From the NCBI RefSeq assembly GCF_000281045.1, contig NW_008246116.1, forward strand, positions 343,580 to 363,579: DNA of 20,000 bases, written 5' to 3'. The notes beneath the pieces were generated by a model. The model made no database searches, was not told the origin of the DNA, and saw only the letters and a list, made by a program, of their open reading frames with translations. A program made the position numbers and the translations under genes. Positions 1 through 9,368 of the stretch are shown here, piece after piece. Position 1 is the first letter of the stretch, and every line of letters begins with the position of its first letter. The DNA comes from Saprolegnia diclina VS20. Taxonomy: Eukaryota.

Positions 1-779
1 TTTCATACGTGGCAGCGCCATGAATGAGATAGAGCATGCAACCGAGCGTGCCGGTACTGAGCAGCACACACGCGTTCTCAACAACAATCGAGACGTTAAG
101 GACGGTCATGCGGCTCGTGTGGTCGAGCCACTGCCCGAGCGACGGCACGGCGGCGACACCAATGACGTAGACGACCTACGTCCGAAGATGACATCGCACA
201 AAAAGAATCAGTTGCGTACTAGCGAAAAGACGGCGCTCGGCAGCAGCGTATTGACAAAGATCTCCATAAAGAGCAGTGGGATCGCAAACTGCCACATGCG
301 ATCGCCCTATATGATGGACACATTGTCATCTTTCGAAAAAACAGAAATTGGTATGTACCCAGGCCGACATGAAGTGGCTCGCATACATGTAGGCGTGAAC
401 ACGGGCCGTGACGCATACGCCCTTTCCATCAACGAGCCGCGACGTCGGCCTACCGGTAGTCCACAAGCTAAGGGTCGTGACGTCGATGCAACAAGGCGTA
501 CGAGGACAAGAGTGCCCTCGCTTCGCTACTCGCCGCGCGGTGGTCGCGGCGGAACGCGAGGACGCAGTAGAGAATTGGCAGCAAGGTCGCGGCGCCCACC
601 ATGGCCATCGGCAGCACAAATTCATTTGGCACAGGGCAGTCGTCGGGCGCCACGGCACAGCCTACAAACACAAGAATGCTGTTGAATAGTCCTTGGTAAA
701 GCTTCGTACCACCGCTGACGCTGAGGAGCGCGAGACTGGCGGCGCCAAGAAGCGCACCGATCCGAAGCGTCGCGTCCAT
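1..779 (-). CDS. Ferroportin-like (SLC40/FPN1) iron/divalent metal exporter, 5' part; continues past the window start
   Basis: Spliced translation from ATG 779 using GT-AG introns at about 662-709, 468-501, 307-358 and 176-219 gives ...AYMYASHFMSAW|GDRMWQFAIPLLFMEIFVNTLLPSAVFSL|VVYVIGVAAVPSLGQWLDHTSRMTVLNVSIVVENACV. This matches the ferroportin TM1-TM3 signature (human LY.GH.LSTWGDRMWHFA...GDWVDKNAR). Confidence 0.9.
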
Positions 780-795
780 CACTCGTCGACTTCAA

Positions 796-813
796 CAAAA
801 TAGGAAAATGAAC
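796..813 (-). promoter_or_regulatory. Oomycete INR+FPR core promoter element of the ferroportin gene
   Basis: The minus strand reads GTTCATTTTCCTATTTTG, an initiator (YCATTYY) followed by a WTTT FPR-like part, about 30 nt upstream of ATG 779. Confidence 0.65.
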
Positions 814-1642
814 CGTCGTCGATTCACCAAAGCCAAGGAAATAATGGAACCTTTGCGACGCTGGACCGAAACGAGGCGACAACGGCAACCAGATGGTATG
901 TCATGGGCTTCAATACATTTGTCTGCACCACTCGGCCTTTTGTTGGTTTGGACTCTTGTTTACCCTTCAACGCCCAGTGCAACTGCGCAGTCGACATGCC
1001 CAGATGCGATTGCTACTCGTGCAGCAGCAAGCGCAGATCCATACAAGGCTCACTGGATGCCACACGCGAAATCGGGACCTGCACTCTTGACGATTCCGCC
1101 GGCGCGCCTCTCTATCTGGGTTCAGAGAAGAGAGCGTCAGTTCAACGACCTGGGGTCGTGATGGCGCATTTTGAAGCACCCGTCAAGTTGTCCAGAGGTC
1201 GAGCTATACAATGTATACTAGTGGTAGTAGTAGGGACAGCGATGCTTTTGTACCGACGAAGGTGCCTGCGCTGTCACGAGTAAAGACGTCAGCAGTGTCA
1301 CTTTGACGCCAACGAAAAGGCTCAATCAAGGACGGCTTTATCTCAAGCATCATGCTCTGGTCCTACAGGCAGCATCGGTTCTCACAACCACTCAGACGAC
1401 CTGAACTCATACGACCTGAAGCCTGTCGGCCGGCCTCGAGTCTGGCCCGCAAGCCATGTCGATGCCACCGCCTCGCAGCTGTCACCAGCCCGAACACCGA
1501 TGGGGCACGACGAACGAGGCCGCTGCCACGTGTGCTTACCACCGACATACTTGTCGCTAGCCACAGCCTGCAACAGCGACGCTCTGCCCACTTGTAGTGT
1601 CTTGGACGCAATGCAACACACAAAATATACATTCAATCCGCG

Positions 1643-2374
1643 TTAGGGGCGATAGTAGAACGTGTGGCCGTTCGGGCACATGTACTGTCCAGGTTGGCTG
1701 CCTGGCGGCATCTGGACGCGGGTCATGCACGACGGGCACTGGCGCATGACGATGCCGCCCGACGGTGCGCGCAACGGCGGCGGCGCCGCGGCCGACGACG
1801 GCATTCGCAGCGTAAAGAGGTGGCCGTTCGGGCACTGCAGTGTCCCCCGCGCAGTCGAGCTCACAAGGCACCGGATGCGGCACGCCGGGCACTCGACGAT
1901 GACGTTGCTCGAGCCCGCGCCCTGGGCTTGCTGGCGTGCGCGCTCGGCGGCCGTCGGTGTGTGCGCGAGCGAGTGGCCGCAGCCCTCGCAGGCTTGGCCG
2001 CCTGTGCCGCGCTTGCCGCAGTTGGTGCAGCACGGGTGCGCCTTGGCGAGGCCAGCCGTCGGCTCGGGCCACTGCGTCTGCACCTTGCGGCAGATGGGGC
2101 ACTTGGTCGCATTCGCCTCGTCGTGGTTGACGTTCTCAAGGAGGCAGGTAAAGTGAAACTTGTGGCCGCACTCGCCCGTAAAGATGGACTGCCCGAGCGA
2201 CTCGAACTCGTCGAGGCAGATGGGGCACTCCTCTTGGTCCATGAGCAGCGTCACCTTGTGGGTCGTCTCTTGGGGCGTCGCCGCGGCCTTGGCCTCGGTC
2301 GCCACCTTGACCAGGAACGGCGCGGCCTCGCGCAGATCAATGTCGCTGTGCGACCGGACGAGCCGTGCTGCCAT
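1643..2374 (-). CDS. RING-H2 E3 ligase-like protein with C-terminal zinc ribbons (copy 1), about 243 aa, intronless
   Basis: CPICLDEF...IFTGECGHKFHFTCL...CPICR is a C3H2C3 RING. It is followed by CTNC...CEGC and two CPxC...CPNGH modules. Start taken at ATG 2374 (MAARLVRSHS). Confidence 0.88.
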   Translation of the reverse strand: MAARLVRSHSDIDLREAAPFLVKVATEAKAAATPQETTHKVTLLMDQEECPICLDEFESLGQSIFTGECGHKFHFTCLLENVNHDEANATKCPICRKVQTQWPEPTAGLAKAHPCCTNCGKRGTGGQACEGCGHSLAHTPTAAERARQQAQGAGSSNVIVECPACRIRCLVSSTARGTLQCPNGHLFTLRMPSSAAAPPPLRAPSGGIVMRQCPSCMTRVQMPPGSQPGQYMCPNGHTFYYRP

Positions 2375-2991
2375 GGTCTCAAAACGGCAATCTCGGTGTC
2401 CCTTCTTGCCGCCTTTTTTATAATGCTCCACGCTACATACAAAACGTAAGCTATTTTTAATCGCTGGCTGCCGAGTCGTTTTCGCTTAGTCGATTTCCGA
2501 CTAGGAATTACCCGACGCCGTTGGACACACCAAGTCTGGACAAGATGGACAAACGTACATATAATACCTACTAATACACGACAGTGGGCCAAAGACCTTC
2601 TTGCGCCGATCGGTGAGCTGGCCGAACTCTGCTATAAGATCTGCTATAAGATTGATGCTTGCCAGTCCGAGGGTATCCGTTGCCGCCAAAAATCTGCGCC
2701 GAAGCACTTGTGGGGCGTCGCAGCATTACGTAGCAGGCACTCCTACCCAAGCGCAAGGTCGTCGCAGTGTGTGCAAGGCGCCCTCTACTGCTCGCTACGA
2801 TTTCACTCTGCTCTCGCCACTTCTTGTGCTTTGCGTTCTATCCCACTACGCCAGATAGGACATATATGGTGTGGCCATGTGTCCTCGGCCTCGCTATCGC
2901 AGTGGTTTTACCGCGCCTTGCCAGCGCATACGCACGCACGTCGAAGTGTTCTTGGTCCAAGCAGCACATGGTTCGAACGAACGCAATCGTG

Positions 2992-3026
2992 CGATCTTGG
3001 CGGGGATCGAACCTCCGACCTCCAGC
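2992..3026 (-). pseudogene. Degenerate tRNA-like 3' fragment (T-loop/B-box plus acceptor-like end)
   Basis: The minus strand reads GCTGGAGGTCGGAGGTTCGATCCCCGCCAAGATCG, containing a GGTTCGATCC B-box. The T-stem is imperfect and no matching 5' acceptor strand (GATCTTG) was found upstream. Confidence 0.3.
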
Positions 3027-3123
3027 CGCCGCAACGTCGAACGCGAGACACCTATTCTATCTATATGTGCAGTGGTGTACTTACTAGGTATCGCTCGAGC
3101 AGCTCGCTCCACATGTATTAGCG

Positions 3124-3783
3124 CTACTCGCGGCCGCGTGGCTTGTAGTAAAAGGCGTGCTGGCGGGGACAAACGTACTGCCCCGCTGGACTACCAGGTG
3201 GAATCTTGACGTCGGTGCGGCACATGGTACAGTGCACGGTGGCGGCGGACGTGGCGCGACTCCTCGCTGAGCTATTGTTGCTCGAGACAGGCGCCACAAG
3301 GGCAAAGACGTGTCCGTTCGGGCACTCTACGCGACCTCGTGCGCGCGTGCTCACTAGAAACTGAACGTGGCACACATAGCACTGCAGCGCGACGTCGTCC
3401 GGCTCGAATGGCTGGCTTCGCGCCCGCGCGCGGGGCGTGTCGGCGAGCGAGTACCCGCAGCTGTGGCACCACGGATCACCGACGCTACGGGTGCCGCAGT
3501 GTGTGCAGAACGGGTGGGCATTCGCGCGCCCGCGGGTCGGTGTCGGCCACTGCACTTGCACTTTGCGGCAGATGGGGCACTTGGTCGCGTTCGCTTGGTC
3601 GTGGTTGATGTTTTCGAGGAGGCAGCCAAAGTGAAAGGCATGGCCGCACTCGGCGGTGAAGACCGACTGTGCCGCGAGGTCGTCGAGGCAAATGGGACAA
3701 GTTGTCTTCGTCTCTGTCGACCTGCGGGTGCCGCGGCAGTCGGGTGCCACAGAGAGATGGCTCTGCGTTCGCGCGCGCCGCAT
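3124..3783 (-). CDS. RING-H2 + zinc ribbon protein (copy 2, tandem paralog), about 219 aa, intronless
   Basis: CPICLDDL...VFTAECGHAFHFGCLLENINHDQANATKCPICRKVQVQWP aligns residue for residue with copy 1 and has the same three downstream Cys/His modules. ATG 3783 (MRRARTQSH). Confidence 0.85.
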   Translation of the reverse strand: MRRARTQSHLSVAPDCRGTRRSTETKTTCPICLDDLAAQSVFTAECGHAFHFGCLLENINHDQANATKCPICRKVQVQWPTPTRGRANAHPFCTHCGTRSVGDPWCHSCGYSLADTPRARARSQPFEPDDVALQCYVCHVQFLVSTRARGRVECPNGHVFALVAPVSSNNSSARSRATSAATVHCTMCRTDVKIPPGSPAGQYVCPRQHAFYYKPRGRE

Positions 3784-3971
3784 GAGAGCAATTGTCAACT
3801 GCGACCTTGCAGCATATCTTGTGTGCACCCAGTTGCAATTTTTGCCGTCGGAATTCCGGATTCTTATCCGGACATTAGTAGTTAGTCGAAACCCACATAG
3901 TCGGCATTCGACTAAAGTCGACGTGGCCGCGACTTGTGGCTTGTTGTCGAGATTGCGAAGATCATCCAAGC

Positions 3972-5365
3972 ATGCATCCCGACCTTGGCGGCCTCTGTAC
4001 GACGACGACGATGAAGATGACGCATGGAGACGGTGGCTCATGCGCTCCTGCTGTAGACAAGACGCCCGTGACCTATGCGTACCTCTGCGGTACGGGCCTC
4101 GCGTCCGGGGCCGCGCTCTTCCTCGACCGCGCCCATGACCTGCCGCTTGGTGCGTCGCCGACCCTGTCGACCAGCGAGGGCTTAGGACTGCTGCGTAGAT
4201 CTCACGATGGTGACCCGCTACGGCCAGTACTGGCGGCTCCTCACGTGCCACTTTGGCTTTCAGAGGTGCGCGTCCTTCCTTCGGTCCTGCATGTGCCCAT
4301 GCCATGTAGTGGCATGTCGGTGGCTTTTGGCATCTACCTCATCTTCCACTGCCGCCTCATCGAGCGCCAGGTAGCCATGTTGATCCCTCCGTGCTCACGA
4401 CGATAATCCGTTGTCCTAGTTTGGCTCCAAGAAGTTTGGCAGCTTCGTCGTCCTCGTGCTCGTCCTCTCGACGCTGCTGCAAGCCGCATGCTTGAAGGCC
4501 AAGGTGCTCCCATCGATCGCGAGCGGACCGTACGCGCTCATTGGCGCGCTCATGGTCGTCTTCTACGGTACGTCATGTTTGCGTCTACCTACGCCATATC
4601 CTACTCCTCGTTTCGACTAGGCAATGTGCCCAAGCTGCAGCCCGAGCTCTTCAGTGCAATGGGCCTCCACCTCTCGGAGAAGGCGTCGACGTACTTTATG
4701 ATGATCTTGGTACTGTCCTTGCATGATTGCTCTTGTCCTCTTGTCCTCAAGCGGTCCTAGGTGTGCTTGCGCGGTCTCGACTCGGCGCTGCCATTTGGCA
4801 CCGGCGTCCTCGTCGGCGCCGTGTACCAGACGACGCCGCTCTCCAAGTTTCGCCTCCCGGGCTTCCTCGTATGGTTTTTCGAGGTACAACGTGCTTGCGC
4901 AGCTCTCTCTGAGGCGCGCGGTAGCTCTTTGCCTCGGTGTTTGCTGTCGTACCCATGAGTGTGGCCGCGCAGCAGCGCCAGCGCCAGCTCCAAGAAGCGC
5001 AGCGCCGCCACGCCCCCGCGGTACATTCCTTTCTGTTGGTGGTCCGCGACTAACTTGAATGATTAGCCAAACGGACAAGGGTTCCGGGACCAGCTCTTGC
5101 CAGGCATGGGCGGTGGCATGCCCATGCCGGTGGCGGTACACGCTTCGATTCTCGGCATTGCCGTCTTTATTCTGACATATGCTAGGCGCCTCCATCCGAC
5201 GCGGCCATCGAGACGCTCACAGTAATTGCAATTTTCAATGTTTCAAGTCGAATTCACGCGTCTACTTAGTCGCTCGGGTTTGAACGGGACCAAGCGATTG
5301 CGGCGCTGCGTGCGGCCGACAACAACGTGGAAGCCGCGGCCAACCGCCTGCTCAACGGCATGTAA
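3972..5365 (+). CDS. UBAC2: UBAC2/Dsc2-like rhomboid pseudoprotease with C-terminal UBA domain (multi-exon)
   Basis: Spliced translation gives MHPDLGGL|YKTPVT..., GQYWRLLT, LIFHCRLIERQ|FGSKKF, ASGPYALIGAL, LHLSEKASTY and a terminal UBA PSDAAIETLT|SLGFERDQAIAALRAADNNVEAAANRLLNGM* (TAA 5363-5365). Several short GT-AG introns keep the frame. Confidence 0.85.
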
Positions 5366-5423
5366 CCCACACCCAACAAGCTGTCTTTCATTCAAAAGAC
5401 ATTTTTCCATCGTCGTCCGTGGA

Positions 5424-6005
5424 CTACAAGCTCGCGTCCTTGCTCAGAAAGTCCTCGACAGCGTGTTCGATCCAAACGGATTCGGTCGCGGCCTCCAGCT
5501 CGGTCTTCTGACGCAGCTGCAGCGCCATGCGTTCGTCCATTTGCTGCTTTTGGAGAGCTTCTACTTCTTGGCTCTGCAGCAGCTGCCGCGCGCCATTCGC
5601 CGGCGCGCCATTGCCACTTCGCTCGTGCTTGTGCTTCTCAGCGAGCGCAGTCTTCTCGAACGCTTCCTTCTCGGCAAGAGCCACGATCGCAAAGGCTTGC
5701 TTCTCCTGCAGCGCGGTGAGCTCGTGCGCGTGCTGCTGCGCGAGGGCCTTGGTGCGAAACTCCCACACCTTGGCCATCGCCGCGGCTTCAAACGCGTGGC
5801 GGGTCGTGGTGCTCGGTGACAGCGGCGTCAACGACACTTCGATAACTTCTTCGTGGAGGGTGTGCTTTTGGTGGATGGCAGCCCACTCGCCTTCTTGCTT
5901 GAGCTGCAGCGCAGTGCACTCGGACGCGTGCTTGACATGCAGCGGCTGGAGCGAGTAGTGCTCCCGCAGCGCATCCCAGTTCATCTCGGCTTCGTTCTTG
6001 ACCAT
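5424..6005 (-). CDS. Hypothetical helical/coiled-coil protein, about 193 aa
   Basis: Open ORF from ATG 6005 (MVKNEAEMNWDAL), rich in Q/E/K/A/L with repeated 'HAHELTALQEKQ' / 'QEVEALQKQQ'-type segments. Coding-like codon usage, no recognised domain. Confidence 0.65.
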   Translation of the reverse strand: MVKNEAEMNWDALREHYSLQPLHVKHASECTALQLKQEGEWAAIHQKHTLHEEVIEVSLTPLSPSTTTRHAFEAAAMAKVWEFRTKALAQQHAHELTALQEKQAFAIVALAEKEAFEKTALAEKHKHERSGNGAPANGARQLLQSQEVEALQKQQMDERMALQLRQKTELEAATESVWIEHAVEDFLSKDASL

Positions 6006-6320
6006 GGTGCTGTTGTTCGTGCAAGACACAAGTGACCGTTGCCACCGCGTACGCACAGAAAGGACGTCCCTTCCCACATCGTATTAATTCACAGAGGGTC
6101 GTTGGTTCAACGGGTGCTACGCCGGGTCGGTGGCGAGTAGCGATGGGCTACGGCACCCCTCGTAGGCTGCATGGAAGAGGGCCGAGCTCGCCGGGCCTCG
6201 AACCTCTGGTTGTATCCAGTCGGTCGAACCAAAAGATTTTTGTCGAAGCCAACGCCGGCTAACCGCCCATGATACTAGAGCCAATGCCGTGGCTGTATCA
6301 GACACCCAAACGGCTCGGTT

Positions 6321-6348
6321 CGGCTCGGCTTGCCTTGAAGCCGAGCCG
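6321..6348. repeat. Perfect 11-bp inverted repeat (hairpin) in an intergenic region
   Basis: CGGCTCGGCTT-gccttg-AAGCCGAGCCG, preceded by a near-copy CGGCTCGGTT at 6311-6320. Confidence 0.7.
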
Positions 6349-6530
6349 CGAAAGCGGTGCTCAACCGACCAAGCCGTCACCTCCACGGCTCGAGCCAAAC
6401 CGTAAAGCGTCTCTGTCGCGAAGGGTCGGGCTTAGTAGACGCATGTGACGCTGCTGCGTCAACCGAGTGCGATTAACACGACCGACTAAATACGAGCTTT
6501 GCGATTATCGGCGCGGTTCGATGCTACTAG

Positions 6531-7440
6531 CTATGTGCGCTGCAGCCAGTGCACGACGGCGATCCCGACCAGCCTATCTCAAAGGGACGTTGGAGTTGAC
6601 AGAGGAGACGCGCATTAACGTACGCAAGGACGAGGTAGAGCGCCATGGTCTCGAGGCTTTCTTGGTACTGGATCGCCGGGGCGGTGGCGAGAGGCAAGAC
6701 TAGACCAAGACGGAGTGATGCAACCTAGTGTCCAGATGACGCGGAGAGGTACTTTCGCCGATATGGTTGAGAGCGACGCGGACGACGCCGCCGTACTCGC
6801 GCATGAGCTGCAGCGTGCTCAAGAGGCGGTCACCTGTCTCGTACGATACAAAGACACTTGGCACAAAGACGCTGGACGAGTTGCCATTGTCAGGCACCAT
6901 GCGAATGGCCCACGACCTGTCGTAAGGAATGGGGCGATGCTAGGCGGGATGATGGACTACTCGTTGCGCGGGCGTGGGTAGTTGTCCATAACGATCACAG
7001 CTTTGGCGTGAGCGCGCTGCGCTTGCAGTATCTTGAACGCAAAGTTGCAGCCGCCTCGCTGCACCAAGGCGACTTTACCCGTGAGGTCCTGCCGCAGCGG
7101 CCGGCAGCCGTCGAGTGGCCGCGCTAGACATGCACGCACGTGTAGCTTCATGCAGGTGTAGCACGGCGTTCGTACCTGCCACGAGCTCGAGGCCGCTGTA
7201 CTCGTCTGCGTTGCCCACGCGTCGACCAAACCGGGCATGGCTACCAAGGTGGCATGAGCGACGCGGATGATACGAGGCCGAATGTACATGTGGCGCAGCG
7301 TCGCACAGCATGGCCTACACGCATGCAGCATGAGCGTCTGCCTACGCGCATGGCCGAGCGTACTCTTGGACGACAAGCGCCGACGTCAGCGTCAGGAGGA
7401 CCGCGACGACGGCGACGAGCATCGATCGCATCGCTTGCAT
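6531..7440 (-). CDS. Type I membrane protease-associated (PA) domain protein (PRADC1/RMR-like luminal domain), multi-exon
   Basis: Signal peptide M(QAMRSM)LVAVVAVLLTLTSA, then spliced HIHARFG...GLELVAARPLDGCRPLRQDLTGKVALVQRGGCNFAFKILQAQRAHAKAVIVMDN...VFVPSVFVSYETGDRL (canonical PA motif). C-terminal TM MALYLVLALVGIAVVHWLQRT* with stop at 6531-6533. The start could be 7440, 7431 or 7422. Confidence 0.85.
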
Positions 7441-7656
7441 CGCTTGCCTGTCGGTCGCCTCGTGGCGTCTATCGCAATTGTCCGGATACACATGCTTCCG
7501 GATAATCGATGTGGGATATCGGTGGGCGAACGTGTGAAATAGCACGGGAGTGAAAAACCCTTTCCCACGGCAGCCGCTGCGGCGCGTATCCGGAACCATC
7601 CGGATTTTGCGGACGGCGACCACAATCCCATTTTCGCGACCAAGACGACAACGAAG

Positions 7657-9246
7657 ATGCTGCATGCGACGATGCTCCTCCGCCGCCATGGCCTGCGCGC
7701 CCGGCGCTTCTGCAGCGCGGCGCCGACACCGACACCGACGACGCTCACGATCGGCGACGTCCTCGCCGAGCGCGAGAAGGTCTTTGCGAACCTCGACACG
7801 GCGTCGGCCGGCGAGATCCACCCGCACTTTGACCGGTGGCAGTCGATCCAGCACGACGTAGGCACGACGCCGCATCGACCTGCCTCAGCACCTGCGCACG
7901 TAGGCGCCTGTCCACAGCGCGGTGGATCTCATGGTCCAGCGCAACATTGGCTCGCTCATTGTGACGCAAGGTACCTTCGACGACGCATCTGTGCACACGC
8001 ATGTTCATGATGGTATTAGAGGGTCATGGCATCGTGGGCATCGTCACGGAGCGCGATGTGATGAAGAAGATGGCGCCGCATGACGACGACGAAAAGTCGG
8101 CCTCGCACATTGTGCAGGACATCATGTCGAACCACATTCTATGCATTGACCCGTCGACGACCGTCATGGAGTACGTCTTCATGTCGCGCAAAGATGATGA
8201 TTCTGATGATGAGGATGGTAGAGCCTTTGCGACGATGACCAAGGAAAACATTCGCCACCTCGCCGTCATCCACACGGACATGAAGCAGACGGTCACGAAG
8301 GGCCTCGTCCCCATCGATGCGATGCGTAGCGTCCTCTCGATCAAGGTGCGTTTTGCCTCTTTGCGCTGTGCGAATGCCACGTCATGCACCTCACGAACGT
8401 CGCGTAGGACATTCTCAAGGAATATGCCAACGACGCGGCCAAGAAGAAGGCGAGCCTCGTGCCCGAAGGCGCCGAGGTGGCGGTGCCGACGCCGCCGCCG
8501 ACGACCGACGCCAAGCCCGTTGCGGACGCCACGCCTGTCGCGAGTACGTTGCCACGCCTCTCGCATCTCGCATCTCATGTGTTGCTTGTAGTCACCGCGG
8601 GCTCGCTCCTCCGCAAGAAGCATGAAAAGGTCAAGCTCATTCTCAACACGCGCATTGAGGACAGCGTGTCGGTCGCCGAAGCGGTTCGGGAGATGGTAGT
8701 GTGCACGCACAATCGTATGGACAATATTGTTTATATAGCTATGTACTAACTAGGCCCGTCGCAACTTTGGCGCGGTCCTCGTCATGGACGACGAACTCCA
8801 CGTCAAGGGCATCTTCACCGAGCGCGACTACTTGACCAAGGTGCTCCACCCCAAGCTCAACGCCCACGACGTGCTTGTCAAAGACCTCTGCTCGAAAGGG
8901 GTCTTCACGCTCAAGAGCGACGCGACGCTCGAGACGTGCGTCCACGAAGCTGCTATCCAGTACCGTTTCCTGGCTAAAGTAGCCCAAGTGGACACAGTGG
9001 ATTAGGAACTTCCGCCACCTGCCGGTCGTCGACGCCAAGGACGACATTGTCGGCGTCCTCTCGGTCAAGGACGTGGTGCGTGAGATCTCGCGCGAATTCA
9101 AAAGCACGCAAGGCTACTGGCTCATGGAGTATTTCAAGTCGAAAATGGAGCCCAAGACCGAAGCGCCCAAGGTCGATGCTGTCCCGCCGCCGCTTGTCGA
9201 GCCGCCCGCCGACGCAGCCAAGGAGACGCCCAAGCCCAGCGTCTAA
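7657..9246 (+). CDS. CBS-domain protein (two Bateman pairs, 4 CBS motifs) with mitochondrial-type presequence; CBSX3-like
   Basis: N-terminus MLHATMLLRRHGLRARRFCS. Motifs MVQRNIGSLIV, GIVGIVTERD, MTKENIRHLAV, RNFGAVLV, KGIFTERDY and NFRHLPVVD...VGVLSVKD across about 7 exons. Stop TAA 9244-9246. Confidence 0.88.
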
Positions 9247-9368
9247 TTGCACCACCACCGCCTAACCTCGATCGAGTCGGTTCATGTCGGTTCGTGCTGC
9301 TCGTGTTAAAAAGCAATAGAAAACATTTCAAGCGCTCGATTCCATTCGAGCAGTCCACCACCATCGGC

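Noticed and set aside
780..810. Possible iron-responsive element in the ferroportin 5' UTR
   Set aside because: The inferred UTR is only about 30 nt and has no CAGUGN-loop hairpin.
808..1600. Short plus-strand ORFs (808-1161, 903-1283, 1352-1597)
   Set aside because: No recognisable motif. ATG 808 is simply the reverse complement of the ferroportin INR, leaving no room for a promoter. A small spliced gene cannot be fully excluded.
2440..2900. Intron-like segments and a 12-bp tandem duplication (CTGCTATAAGAT x2, 2629-2652) between the RING genes
   Set aside because: I could not build a coherent spliced ORF with a start and recognisable homology, and a single short duplication is unremarkable.
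3784..4305. Long N-terminal extension of ORF 3124-4305
   Set aside because: It is antisense to UBAC2 exons and crosses the promoter; paralog alignment supports ATG 3783.
8744..8753. Perfect TACTAAC branch point directly abutting the TAG acceptor
   Set aside because: An ordinary spliceosomal signal; it only supports the CBS gene model.
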